A stretch of 64,000 nucleotides of DNA, taken from positions 172,422,001 to 172,486,000 of the forward strand of contig NC_042999.1 of the NCBI RefSeq assembly GCF_006345805.1. The letters are read 5' to 3'. Of this stretch, positions 26,885 through 40,084 are shown piece by piece; position 1 is the first letter of the stretch; every line of letters begins with the position of its first letter. This stretch comes from Octopus sinensis (taxonomy: Eukaryota). The position numbers were made by a program, and so were the translations under genes. Below the pieces are notes generated by a model. The model saw only the letters and a program-made list of their open reading frames with translations, had not been told where the DNA came from and made no database searches.

Positions 26885-27030
26885 CTTACGTCTGCGTTCA
26901 AATTCCATTGAGGTTGACTTTTGCCATTCAACCTTATGAGAGCGATAAAATACTTACCAGTTGAGCATTGTGATTGGTATGATCAACTAGTCTAGTCCCA
27001 CCGAAATTTCAGATCTTGTGCCTATATTAG
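26885..27030 (-). mobile_element. SINE family B fragment, diverged
   Basis: TTCAAATTCCATTGAGGTTGACTTTGCCATTCAACC..GATAAAATACTTACCAG on the plus strand resembles family B head and core; orientation is less certain. Confidence 0.5.
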
Positions 27031-27914
27031 AAATGTTTATTTGTTGAGACTAGAAAGGAGAACTTGTTCTTTGCAGGATATGTGTGCTCGGTGTGTTTGA
27101 TATACTTCTTAATCATTTGCAGGTTAACAAGTGCAAGAAAGATATCAGCCATAGGATGTTAAAATTTCAGGTTCCCAGTACCTAGGGAGATGATTTTTGA
27201 GCATACTTGTCAATACGGGATGAGATATTTGAGCGCAACCAGATTATTTCAATTTCACGTGCACTTCAATGAGATTCCTAATGGTTTTGGTTTTCTAAGA
27301 AGCCTACAATTCGTTTTCACCGTCTCCTTTAAGGACAACAGTTAAATTTTGTCGCAATGTTGCAATTCATTGAACATTTTCCTGTGAATAAATATCCTTT
27401 GGGGAAATTATTTGCAAGAAGCTTTGTGGAACACAAGGATTTTAACATGAAAATTACCATCTGAATCACTTTGTGCAATATCAAGTTTAAGATGACACAC
27501 TACTTTCAATTACTTACAAGTACTATCATTACAATGTCCTAAACAGAAACCTGTATATACATCTATAATAATAAGAAAAAATACTTTGTCAGTAGTTTTA
27601 GCAGAAAATCTAATATATTCTACATACAAATATAATTTTAGCGCACATTGTTATAATGCGGCGTTGAGAAAATATCGATTAAAGAATAACTGAAATATAT
27701 AAAAAGAAAGATGCGAAATATCAACACAATATTTCATATAAGCGTTCAACATAAGTAGAAACTTCCTAGAAATGAGAAAAAATTATTTGTCATCAATAAC
27801 AGTTAGACAGGATGCTTAATCAATGACATAAAGGAAACTAAGTTATATCTGAACGAAAAATTGATAAATCGAGCTAACTGAAATAACTCAGAAGACACTG
27901 CCAGGTTCACCCTA

Positions 27915-27952
<38 letters not shown>

Positions 27953-28176
27953 GCCCGCGCGCGCACATACACGCATACATGCACGTACAAACACGCACTT
28001 ACAAAGACGCAAAACCACAAGATGCGCTGAAGTGGTACTAGCCTTACATTAGTATCTTCGACAATTTGTTAGGAACAGCCTGTAATTCTCTCCACTTTGT
28101 TATATCTAGAATGTACATACATACATACATACATACATACATACATACATACATACATACATACATACATACATAC

Positions 28177-28517
28177 TTGCTCACAACATCATAAGCGGAA
28201 AGTGTAACCTCTCGAAAGAGCTGTTCTTCACTCCTGCTCCAGAGCGTCGGCTGCGGGGTCATTCCGAAAAGCTCTATCTGCGACGATTTCGTCTCATTCG
28301 AAGGAGAGGGGCTTTCTCCATCCGGGTTGCGGATCCGTGGAATAAGCTGCCAGACCAGATGGTGAAGATGCCGACGACCGCTCGGTTCAAAGTCTCCCTT
28401 GACCACAAGTGGCCTGAACTCTTTACATGAACACCACCCTGAACATAACTCCATGTCCCCCTACATGGCATTGCTTTTTGCATTTTGAGCCAAAAAATTA
28501 ACTAACTAATTAACTAA
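28177..28517 (+). mobile_element. CR1/L2-group LINE extreme 3' end with (AACT)n-like tail
   Basis: LAHNIISGKCNLSKELFFTPAPERRLRGHSEKLYLRRFRLIRRRGAFSIRVADPWNKLPDQMV..FKVSLDHKWPELFT* (stop at 28430); flanked by (ACAT)n on both sides. Confidence 0.85.
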
Positions 28518-28972
28518 CATACATACATATATACATGCATACATACATACATACATACATACATACACACACACACACGCCGTACAAGAGAATGCTGAAA
28601 ATTTCCAGGCATTGTTTAAAAGCATGTTCCCCTCTCAGATTCACATGATTATTGAAGGGGACCTTCTGTTTTACTAAGCCCAGTAAAAGAACTCGAAAGT
28701 TTGGGCTTCTAACCAAACCTTTCGTAATGCCCGTAAAGCCAGGGACATTTCAGTAAACCCTCCGCAAATGTATATATATATATACTCAAAATAAGCAACA
28801 AGAATGACTCCGGTAATTTGGTACGATCGAAACAATCGTATCAAATTATCGGAGTCATTCTTGTTGCTTATTTTGATTATAATCACCCCACGGATTTTTA
28901 TGGATAACACCATACAAAATTCTGGTGCATCTAAATTAAGTACCATATTCATTTGAATCTAAATTTTTGCTG

Positions 28973-29032
<60 letters not shown>

Positions 29033-29104
29033 TTTATATATATATGCATATATACATACGTACTTACACACACACACACATGCATGCATACATACATATG
29101 TACA

Positions 29105-29137
<33 letters not shown>

Positions 29138-30486
29138 GTGTGTGTGTATGTATGTATGTTCCTATGTATGTATACAATTTAAATGGTATAAGTGTGAAAG
29201 AATACCTTCAGTACTTCACATTTGTAAGAGGTTGTTACATTTAAACAGTGGACACTCAGCGTCTTCGAGATGGAGATTTTGTTTTAAACAGATGTATTGC
29301 TATTTGCTTTATGACAAAAGTTTGATTGGATAAAACATTACATTTTATTACCATTTATTCAATTAATCCTCCATCGAGGAAAATGAAACCTTAAATGAAG
29401 CCGAAAGCCCCAAAATTTAATTCTGAAATGCAATATTACATTTCTGCTGGTCCGAACACACATTCACCATTTGTTTCATTATTGATGTCAATATTTTATG
29501 TTTCAAATCTGTTAAATTTTGTTTGGGTTGTTCTCAAAACTATCTACTTATAGCAATCAGTTAATCTTCCTCTTACGTTTCCAAAGCTTTTATCGGGAAT
29601 TTATGTATATAATGAGCCATTAATTTTATGTTTTTCTATTTTTAATTAATTTCTACCAAAAGAATCACACCAAGTTTTATTATTCATAACAATAATGTTG
29701 ACAGGGGGTTTGGCATCGGTTTCTATATAATTGATATGATTATGTGTAAACAGAGTGCCTGTTCACCCTCCTGTACACATTGGTGTCATATATCAGTGAC
29801 CGAACTGCACAATTTCACATATGGCGCCGACTGTGTTTCTTCTCACATTTGATTTTAATCTCTCGGAATTTTATCTAATGCACGCAAGTTTTACGAAGTG
29901 GTTATATAATATCCAATTGATTTTTGTTAAAACGCAGCATTAAATGATTCAGATTTCCCCATTCACACGCAAATACTTCAGTCACTAATCCAAGGTAGAA
30001 CATAGAGGAAATAAACTTCAGAGGTCTTCTCAAACGGATGTTTTCACAAACTTCATTGAAAATAATGTTTGTTGTTTTCATTTTAACTCCCTAGATGATG
30101 GCAGTATCGTTAAATCCTTTCCTTTTTATCTATCCATACTTAACTTCCGTATTTCCCAAAACTTACCGAGCCGTAAAACTTTCACTAATTCAAACTTATC
30201 CATGTGGCAAAATAGATAGCAACACCGACAGAATATTAAAAAGAAATGGCAACAGCAAATCAAAAAGTGAAGCTTGATCTAACATTTCACCTACTTCTGG
30301 CGAGATTCCTCGTTATGTGTCTTTTGCGTGTGTGTTAGTCACGTTCTCATATGAAATACATAGTTATTGACAAACAAGTATATTTCAACAATAGATGATA
30401 TTCAATGTGAATTGTGCTGCATACCATAGTAAGAAAGTACACATACACACACACACACACACACACGTACGCACACACGCGCACGC

Positions 30487-30574
<88 letters not shown>

Positions 30575-30578
<4 letters not shown>

Positions 30579-30720
30579 ACATCGAAAAATAACTTAGGAA
30601 AGAGAACCCAGGTTTGGAATTTCCCCAAGACACCTGATGAAGGCGGGAAGGTATATCTGCCAAAACGTTGTCTTAACAAAAAATAAGATGATGCCAAATA
30701 TCCATGAAATATAAATAATG
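30575..30720 (+). mobile_element. PLE pseudo-LTR-like cassette with a mutated hammerhead
   Basis: ACAC-CTGATGA-A-GGCGG-loop-CTGCC-AAAAC-GTT-GTCT at 30630-30673 (GAAA mutated to AAAA); starts at the end of an (AT)n tract. Confidence 0.55.
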
Positions 30721-31223
30721 TACATAATTCTTCATCTCTTAAATATGGAACAGTATTGCAGAATGAGTTATTTACATTGAGATAACACGTAAAAACACTG
30801 AAAATTATATCGTTGACAGAGAGGAAGTATCTGCTACGTTTGTCGGAAGTTCCCGGTCACGTGATTTGACCTTGCACAGTGGTACACATCCAGCGTCTCG
30901 ATGACAAAGGAATCTCTCGTCAAACATAAATGGAATCTAAGTGTCTATTCCGGCACGGATATAGCAATTAGCCAAAACATCGAGAAAAGCAGTGTTAATA
31001 CCAAAATATAATCTTGATCTCCACATTTACTTGAAATTTCTGTTAGAACACAGAATATTGCATTCCTACCGTGTGAGGAACTTGCATATGACTCATGATA
31101 AAAACACTCGAAATTGTATCGTCGAGTACGGCAATCGAAATAATGTTTTAATAAGCCGACTGCCTCTTTCTCTCTCTATAAGTCTCTTTCCCTCTCTTTC
31201 TTTCTGTATACATGCATAATACA

Positions 31224-31306
<83 letters not shown>

Positions 31307-32196
31307 TTAAATTATCTGTAATCGTTGCTTTCTGGGATTTTTTTATTTTCCGGTCTCCTGAAGATAAATAGCTTAAATTATATACTTCCTCTTCCTTTTT
31401 GTTTATATTTCTTCATTTGTCAGAATATTCACACACACCTGCATACGTATATATGTGTGTGTATGCGTTTATGACTAGATTCATTGAGTATTTAAAAGTA
31501 AAGGAATCATGTAATATTCATTTATATAATTCATTTGTTATATGATCTTCTGCAGAAATAGACATAGGCTTTCGATAATCTAATTTTACATTATTTCAGG
31601 TACACATTGGTAGTTTGGCTGATTCTTTGTCCTAGGCATAAATTTTGCTCTATAGACCAATCGTGTACATGAACCACGTACGATTTATCTTTAACAAAAA
31701 AGTAGAACTTTGCTTTGTTAATACCGCTTCATAGTTAGATTACTTCATATATGCCGTATGTATCATATATTTGCTCAAACCAACTTGAAGGTGTCTAATT
31801 TAATTTTTTCCATGTGCTATATTATCTCTGATTTGGCGCAGAATTCAACATAAAAGAAAAATTCTTTCAATAAAGAAAAACATATTTATCTTTGCAATTC
31901 TCAGAATGGCAAAATTCCACGAAATAAAGCAATATTTTTTTTTCGTAGACTTTTCCTGGATGAATAGTAATGTTTCGAGACATGTACAATTACCGCATCG
32001 AATATTAATGAAATGTCATTCATAAAGATACATACGTACTTAGACTCATATTCATATGACGTGTGCAGCAAAACGCTATAGAATTACATGCACATACTTT
32101 TGAGGCCATACATGTATGTGTGTGTGTATGCGAGTGTGTGTATGTGCGCGTTTATCTATACGATATATACATATATAAGATGTGTAACTTTTATGT

Positions 32197-32242
<46 letters not shown>

Positions 32243-32453
32243 TACTTTGCTTTTTTTTACTTTAATACTTGATCAGCTGACTCCGAGACCGATAGCATTC
32301 TTATTGATGGTACACTTCTATCGATCGATCGACCAATTGAGCAAACGGAACAATGATAGTACGATATGAATGCATATCAGAGACAGCTGTAAGTCTAAAA
32401 TGCACACATAACTAAATGTATAAAGCCCATTATTTATTCGTTTTCTATCATAT

Positions 32454-33352
32454 ATCATCATCATCATCATCATCATCGTTTAGCGTCCGTTTTCCATGCT
32501 AGCATGGGTTGGACGGTTCTACTGGGGTCTGTGAAGCCAGAAGGCTTCATCAGGCCCAGTCAAATCTGGCAGTGTTTCTACGGCTGGATGCCCTTCCTAA
32601 CGCCAACCACTCCGTGAGTGTAGTGGGTGCTTTTTACGTGCCACCCGCACTGGTGCCAGACAGAGCTGGCAAACGGCCACGAACGGATGGTGCTTTTTAT
32701 GTGCCACCGGCACGAGGGCCAGGCGAGGCTGGCAACGGTCGCGAAACGGAAAGTTCTCTTACATGCCACCGGCACTGGTAACACATCTGCAATTTCCATT
32801 GATCGATTTCCATTGATCGATTTCGATTCTGATCGTCACTTGCCTCAACGGGTCTTCACAAGCAGAGTTTTGACATGCCACCGGCACTGGTAGCACATCC
32901 GCAATTTCCATTGATCGATTTCGATTCTGATCCTCACTTGCCTCATCACTTCTTCACAAGTAGAGTTTTGTGTCCCAAGAAGGGAAGGTATGCATACGTA
33001 GGCTGGCTCCATCCCATGTAGAAGGCCACGGGTTATGGACTCACTTGTCCTGCCGGGTCTTCTCGCGCACAGCACACTTCCAGAGGTCTCGGTCTCTAGT
33101 CATTTCCTCAGTGAGACCTAAAGTTCGAAGGTCGTGCTTCACCACCTCGTCCCAGGTTTTCCTGGGTCTGCCTCTTCCACAGGTTCCCTCAACCGCTAGG
33201 GTGTGGCACTTTTTCACACAACTATCTTCATCCATTCTCGCCACATGACCATACCAGCGCAAACGTCTCTCTTGCACACCACAACTGATGCTTCTTAGGT
33301 CCAGCTTTTCTCTCAAGGTACTTACACTCTGCCGAGTGAGAGTACCGGCATT
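32454..33352 (-). mobile_element. 5'-truncated RTE-clade LINE 3' end with long 3' UTR and (GAT)n tail
   Basis: ORF 33041-33358 LREKLDLRSISCGVQERRLRWYGHVARMDEDSCVKKC..VEGTCGRGRPRKTWDEVVKHDL..RDLWK; 3' end AACGGACGCTAAAC(GAT)n. Confidence 0.93.
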
Positions 33353-33356
33353 ACAC

Positions 33357-33398
<42 letters not shown>

Positions 33399-34027
33399 GG
33401 TGATGATGATTTGACTTAGGAATAAATTTGGTAATGAGCACTCAGCATAATTAGGCTTTTGAGTGAGACCTCATGTGAATACAGAGCATACTATCAATTA
33501 ATGAGCAACAAGAGAATAGGTCTTACTTTACAACACCTTTTTCTATAGCAATTATTGCTCTCATACTTGTGTGAATTTTTTAGCAGATATGTTTGTCGGA
33601 AAGAGAGAGCAGGTAGGGAGAGAGATAGAACAGAGAAATAATTATTTCTGATTTCAGCACGTTTCCAGTAATTAAAAAGGAAACAGGTTAATGGATCCCA
33701 TCGAATGGGCACGTTATTTTATCGACTCCGAATTTATGGAAGACGAAAGTTGATCTCGGTTACATGGGAACGAAGAACTTCACGATCTGAAACAAATAAT
33801 TCTTGTTCAGGCTCAATTGTGGCAATTTTGCAAGAGAGTGCTAGTCCTATCGTGGACTTATATTTGAATACGAACATTACAAACATATTTTCCTCTGTCA
33901 ATACTCATTCACTTTTCTGGAATGTCCACAATTATATTCTTTATTTGCAAATGAATTTCTTTGTCTTGCTGCATTGAATTAGGCAACTGTTTGAGAAAAT
34001 GTTCAAACTCATTCCAATATCTTTAGA

Positions 34028-34028
34028 C

Positions 34029-34070
<42 letters not shown>

Positions 34071-34130
34071 AATGACGACGACGATGACCATGACGACAGC
34101 GGCAATGACGACGATGAAGATGATGATGAC
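34028..34130. repeat. (GAT)n/(GAC)n microsatellite
   Basis: Direct reading. Confidence 0.95.
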
Positions 34131-34379
34131 AATCTTTCTTTCATTTAGTGGACAGAAAACCCGTGCATATATGCAACGACGCCTTATGATACAGGTTTTG
34201 CAGAACGAGTTAGGTTAAAAGAAATATATACAGTTATTTAAACGAGCATATCAATACAAAAAATACTTTAAAGATTTTAAAATTTAATCGTATAGCATAA
34301 TTACACGCACACATTTTCTTCGGATGCAAGGCCAACATGTTTACATGTTTGGATAATACTTCAGCACTTACCCTATTTT

Positions 34380-34828
34380 GTCCATAATTTTCTGTTTATC
34401 CTCGTTTTTGTAAGATTCTTAGTGTGAATTCGTGTGTCGAAACAAAGTATTTTGTACCTTGGGTCATTACGCTAATAATAATAAACAAACAGCTGATTGA
34501 TTGTTGAACAAAAAGATTAAAAAGATTAAAAAGATTTTTGTTGCATGATGCCACACATCTGTGAGATGCTGAGCTCACCTTATACTCTCCGAGTGCTACA
34601 CGTCGGATTTACTTCTATGGCTTGGTGCATGTCCTCGGAATCCACTGTTTTAAGACAACATGACCTAGTCTGATCATCGAGGATCATGAAACCTGAGCAA
34701 AATTTCTCGAACAATCTGCTTAGAGTACTCAGATCAACTTTTCCATCACCTTTCGTACAACAAATGTTTCTGGTTGTTTCGATGGCCCTATGGCCCGGTT
34801 CTAACGCATAAGTTCCCAGATTAGACTA
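34380..34828 (-). mobile_element. Mariner-derived remnant (transposase HTH region)
   Basis: Minus frames give NICCTKGDGKVDLSTLSRLFEKFCSG..LDDQTRSCCLKTVDSEDMHQAIEVNPTCSTRRV*GELSIS. Confidence 0.75.
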
Positions 34829-35106
34829 CCCATGCTTCCAAGGGTGAATTATCCAAACCCCAAAGAATTCCTCTCAACACATGACTATAATTCTCCCCCA
34901 CTACTTCTGGTCCTGATCAGAGATGCACATATCGTCAGCCACTAAGAGACATGCTCAATGGGTTAAGTTCAAACAAATGAGAAGCAAATCTGTGGTACGG
35001 AGCAGAATATTTGCTGTAGCCTATCTTTTTTAGCAAGAGAAAACAATGTAAATGATAACACTTCCAATCAGTCAAGATTAGAAGCCACTGCTTGGTACTG
35101 TATCAA
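34829..35106 (-). mobile_element. Partial copy of the (ATT)n-associated ~560-bp element
   Basis: Aligns by eye to 35457-35749; followed by (ATT)n; its truncated end abuts the mariner remnant. Confidence 0.9.
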
Positions 35107-35148
35107 GTTATAATCATAGTTATTATTATTATTATTATTATTACTATT

Positions 35149-35191
<43 letters not shown>

Positions 35192-35193
35192 TT

Positions 35194-35747
35194 GAGTGAG
35201 AGAGCAGTTCATGCCATCAAAGTGACACTGGGGTAAAATATACGAAGCCCAATATACCCATCATGACTACATGTCTGATAAAGGTACACCAGGCACATGC
35301 ATCACAACCATATGTGCGCAACATGGTGATCTCATATCAAGATAAACAGCACATGACCTTGCAGGTGGAGCACAGTTAGAATTTTCTTCAGGTTGAGTAG
35401 CCCATCCTGCTCAAAAGGTCCCTGAATAAGAGTTGCTTTAGGATGTTGAACGAAACACCTATGTTTCCAGAGGTGAATTATTCAAACCCCAAAGAATCCC
35501 TCTCAACACATGGCCATGATGCTCCCCCACTACTTCTGCTCGTGATCAGAGATGCACATATCGTCAGCCACTAAGGGACATGCTCAACTGGTTAAGGCCA
35601 AACAACTGACAAGCAAATCTGTGGTATTGAGCAGAATATTTGCTGTAGCCCATCTTTTATACCAAGACAAAACAATGTACATGATAACACTTCCAATCAG
35701 TTAAGATCAGAAGCCATGAGAGCCACTGCCTGGTACTGCATCAGGGC

Positions 35748-35749
<2 letters not shown>
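35194..35749 (-). mobile_element. Full-length ~560-bp non-coding element inside an (ATT)n microsatellite
   Basis: GAGTGAGAGAGCAG...GGTACTGCATCAGGGCAT bounded by (ATT)n at 35120-35193 and 35750-35828; strand inferred from the truncation pattern. Confidence 0.88.
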
Positions 35750-35828
<79 letters not shown>

Positions 35829-37629
35829 GATTAGTATTATTAGATTAAATGTAATAATCGCATAAATAAAAACTGTGTATTAAATCAGTACATTCACCTA
35901 AAATAAAAAGTATGAACTATTATACGACGTACTTGTTTGCTTTTAAGAATTTGGCAAGACTCTAAAGATAGCACCACTGTACATTATGAGGTTGCATAGA
36001 TGAGAAATATTTAGACACACACATATTATTTGAAAAGTATACCTCATACTTTCTTTCATCAGTACGATCAATAGTGTTGAATAGTATTTTCAAAATACTA
36101 TTATTAATTCACGAAAGAGGAAGCAACATTCTGAACAACTGCCAATAGTCTAGCACTGTCTATAAACCTGCATACTTGAAGGTTATTAAAAGATAATTAG
36201 ATATCGGTGTTTGTGTAAGGTTTTGAAGGGTTTAGTAAGTTGTCAGCCAAATATAGACTGGAAGCAGGAACCAATTATTTAGAAGATACAAACAAAATTC
36301 GTATATTTCTGTGCCAATAAATTGATCCTTCATCATATATGGGAATCAATTTGAATTATTACTGAATAAAGATAGCAGAAATTATCTCACGCATAAACCG
36401 CTGACGAACCTCATTATCATACGAAAATAATTGTTATAAATCTAGGAGGACGATATCGAAGTGAGACCTGTTACATACAAATATTGTTGCTTCTTTTTCG
36501 CTAGAGCAGGCAGGCTCAGAGTGTTAAACATGATGCCGCGGGATAATGTGCTTAAAGAGTATAAACATCGAAATCACAACTTGCATTTCAACTACAGATT
36601 GCAGTCACCTGAATGTCATATAGTATAATCAATTTTCCAGTACATTATACATCTAAAGAATAATTAATTTATAAAAGAAAACATGGGAAAGCAAAGTGTA
36701 CACAGTGAGTGGACTGGTTTTCAACCCGCACATAAGACAAATTCCATCCTTTACCGAGATTTGATCCTTTGATGAAGAAGATTCTTTATGAAGTTATATT
36801 ACTGCGAAATCTTATCTGACTCTGTAGTTCAGATCAATACCTACTTCAACTTTTTCCTGATTCCGGAGACAGATAGTCTCGGAGCTACTTACGGTTTCAA
36901 TTCTTTCAATTGTACAAGTCATTACGTATACGAATCCGCGAAAGCTTCTTTGCATTTTCTCTCCAGATATACAAATGACATTGTTAAACTGATCTCTTGA
37001 ACGGGAAATGAGAAAATATAATGTGTACAACATGATCAACAACAAAGAAAATTTGAATTGCAGCATTCCGATGACACCAAATTCTCTCTTTTTCTCATTC
37101 CCCATCTTTCTTTCTCTCTCCCTCTCCCTCTGTTCAGTGTCCGACTCAATGGCGCTGAAAAAACATCTTTCCTATCAACTTACATACGAAATATACAGGG
37201 TTCTATTTGTGCGTTTCTGATCAGCAATATCTATTATTATCAAGAGTGCTTACGTTCGAAATATCAGCAGATGAAATAAAGTACGAGATAAAGCCGATAT
37301 GGCCAAAAAATTTCAAAAGATTCTAAAAGATAACGCTTATCTAAAGCGTAACGGATTCCTTTGTCATAAACTCCTGCAAAATATTTATTCTAGATCATTG
37401 ACACTGCTACCTGTACACAATCTTCTATTTATTGTCTACAATTTAATCACAAAATCTGAAATGTTGAGACACGGTATAACAGTTGTTATAATCGCCAGAA
37501 AAATCGACTGACAATCAACCACGCATAATATCTCTAACCTTCCGCAGGGACTGATATTTTGGTTTAAAGTGTTAAGCACCATATTCTGCCATTAATAATG
37601 ATAACAACAACAACAATAATAATAACGAT

Positions 37630-37696
<67 letters not shown>

Positions 37697-37698
37697 TC

Positions 37699-38098
37699 GG
37701 TTGTTTGACATTAACTAGTTGAGCATAACCATTAGTGGCTGACAATATGTACATCTCTGATCAGGAGCAGAAGTAAGTGGGGAACATTATAGTCATGTGT
37801 TGAGAGGAATTCTTTGGGGTTTGGATAATTCATCTCTGGAAACATGAGTGTTTCGTTCAACTTCCTTAAATAACCCTTATTTAGGGACCTTTCGAGCGGG
37901 ATGGGCTACTCAATCTGAAAACAAATTCTAACTGGTCGTGCGCTGTTTAGTTTGATATAAGATAACCATTTCACGCACATATGTTTATGATGCATGTGTT
38001 TGGTGTATCCTTCTCAGACGGGTATTCATGATGGGTATACTGGGCCTCGTCTATTTTACGTCAGTGTCACTGTGATGGCATGCTCTGCTCTCTCACTC
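37699..38098 (+). mobile_element. Truncated copy of the same ~560-bp element, opposite orientation
   Basis: Reverse complement of 35194-35610; ends CTGCTCTCTCACTC-AATGATAATAAT; preceded by (AAT)n 37605-37696. Confidence 0.88.
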
Positions 38099-38116
38099 AA
38101 TGATAATAATCATAAT

Positions 38117-38230
38117 ACGCACTATATAAAAATAGCCATGCTAGGAACAGCCCACATCCTACCCAAGACACTATCATTTCAATAATACAGCCTGAATAAA
38201 ACAACGCACAAACACAAGGCACTCACTATA
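38117..38230 (+). mobile_element. Dong/R4-type extreme 3' end
   Basis: KIAMLGTAHILPKTLSFQ* matches the K.ALLGTAHILR..L C-terminus of Dong/R4-type ORFs; lies directly after an AAT-type repeat. Confidence 0.7.
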
Positions 38231-38599
38231 CAGTAATTATCCATTGAAATAAACTTCCACCTGCAAGCTAGATAACCGACACGTTACACACTCAACACAC
38301 ATCATTACAAGCAATAATACAGCAAAAGACTCCATACACCTCAAGAGAAAAAATGATGCATAACAATAATGGGAAGTGTTTGTACACTCCTAACGAGAGA
38401 AAAGAAGACACAATGAAGCACACACTCCAGTAATAAGTAGGTGTAGCAAGTGATACAGTAGAAAGTTGTTTAAAACTGAAATAATAACACCTACAACAAC
38501 ATGATGGGTATCGAAAATGTGACACATCCCCAAAACATTTAAGACAGAAGTTGACGGATATATATATTAAACGTCTGGAAAATAAAAACGATACATGGA

Positions 38600-39560
38600 C
38601 AATACATCGGAAAAATGGAAGGAAAAGACAAAATACAACTCTGGATGTGGATATAAGAGTGCTTGTAATTTACTGAAGTGCCAAATATATAATATATATT
38701 TACAGAAAAATCGATGGAGTGTAGCAAAAACAGAGTTAATTTACTTTCCTGCAGGAACAGTTAGGATATGTTAACGTACAGAGTGGTATACTTCTCGGAG
38801 ACAGCTTATTGCCACGCTTATTTGTCATTCGCATGATCACTCTGAATCAAGTCCTTAGAAAAGTGAAAATGGGATATGTGCTTGATGGTATCACGCTCAA
38901 CCATGTATTATTCATGAGTTATAGGCATTGAGAATAGAAAAGCATGAAATTGAAAGCTTAACATCTACTATACACCTGATTAGTCAGGAAATTGGGATGA
39001 AGTTTGGGCTAAATGTGGTTTTGAAATCCTGAAAGGTGGAAAACAATCAAAGAGTAGGGTAATTGAGACTGTGAATGGCCAGATTATTAAAGAAGTGGAA
39101 GATGAAGGATATAAGTATTCGGGAGTCTTTGAGTTGGATAAGATCAAAGAGAAGTAAATGAAGATGCTTAAAAAAGAACATCTCAGGAGGGTGAAACTTT
39201 TAATGTTCTCTGAATTGAATGATAGGAATAAGATCAACGCAATGAATATATAGGCCTTATCCTTCATGCGCTACAGAGCAGAAGCTATTAAATGGGGGGA
39301 AAACCGAATTAGAAAGTATTAATAGAAAAACTAAGCAATTGATGACAGTGCATAACTAATTCCATCCAAGGTTTAATTTGCAAGACATTATTGTTGGAAG
39401 AAAGAAAGGAGGTAGAGGAAATGTGTTAAAAGCGAAGAAAACAACCTAGTTTGGTACAACTAAAGGGCAACGTCCTGTCAAAAGTAAGACACCTCTAAAA
39501 TCTGTTAATGCAGTAAAACCGAATGGATGCAAAAAAAAAAGAATGAGTGAAACAGTATTC
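38600..39560 (+). mobile_element. Degenerate Dong/R4-clade RT fragment
   Basis: SGILLGDSLLPRLFVIRMITLNQVLRKVKMGY..LNHVLFM; LISQEIGMKFG; NGQIIKEVEDEGYKYSGVFELDKIKEK; KKEHLRRVKLLMFSELNDRNKINAMN; GRKKGGRG. Confidence 0.85.
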
Positions 39561-39629
39561 GTAAACAAATGTAAGGACAAACTAGACATAAAGTGGGCAT
39601 AGAATTGAGATGTAGGTTTTGATGATTCC

Positions 39630-40010
39630 AGTGGTGATCGGAGCTTTAGGGTGAATATCGTCTGTCGCTACGTTCTGAGTTCATATTCTCCCTTTCATCA
39701 TTTCGGGGTCGATTAAATAAGTACCAGTTACGCATTGGTGTCGCTATACTCGAGTTAATCCCCTCCCCCAATCTACCCTTGTGGCAAAAATTTTAATTAT
39801 TATAATTAATAATTATTATTATTATTAATAGAACTGTTAGCACGCCGGGCGAGAGGCTTAGCGGTATTTCGTCTGTCGCTACGTTTTGAGATCAAATTCT
39901 GCCGAGGTCGACTTTGCATTTCATCCTTTTGGAGGTCGATAAATTAAATAATCGGCTTGCCCCTCACCCAAATTTTAGGCGTTGTGCCTATAATGGAAAG
40001 ATTAATAATA
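39630..40010 (+). mobile_element. Two adjacent SINE family B copies (39630-39800, 39828-40010)
   Basis: Both contain CGTCTGTCGCTACGTT(C/T)TGAG..TTTCATC..GGTCGAT(T/A)AA. Confidence 0.85.
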
Positions 40011-40084
40011 TTACTATTATTCTTACTCAGTTCTATATTTCTTCGGGAAATTTTGAACCTGTTTTTTTATGTTGTTATTAAGGC

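Noticed and set aside
30167-30203. Kinase-like start MDKFELVKVLRL-G with a GTAAGT donor (minus strand)
   Set aside because: The nearest Gly-loop-like candidate exon (~29400, ELNFGAFGFI) hits an in-frame stop, and no other kinase subdomains were found.
35680-35749. HDV-like ribozyme at the putative 5' end of the (ATT)n element
   Set aside because: Only partial P2/P3-like pairings; no clean P1, P1.1 GG or P4 by eye.
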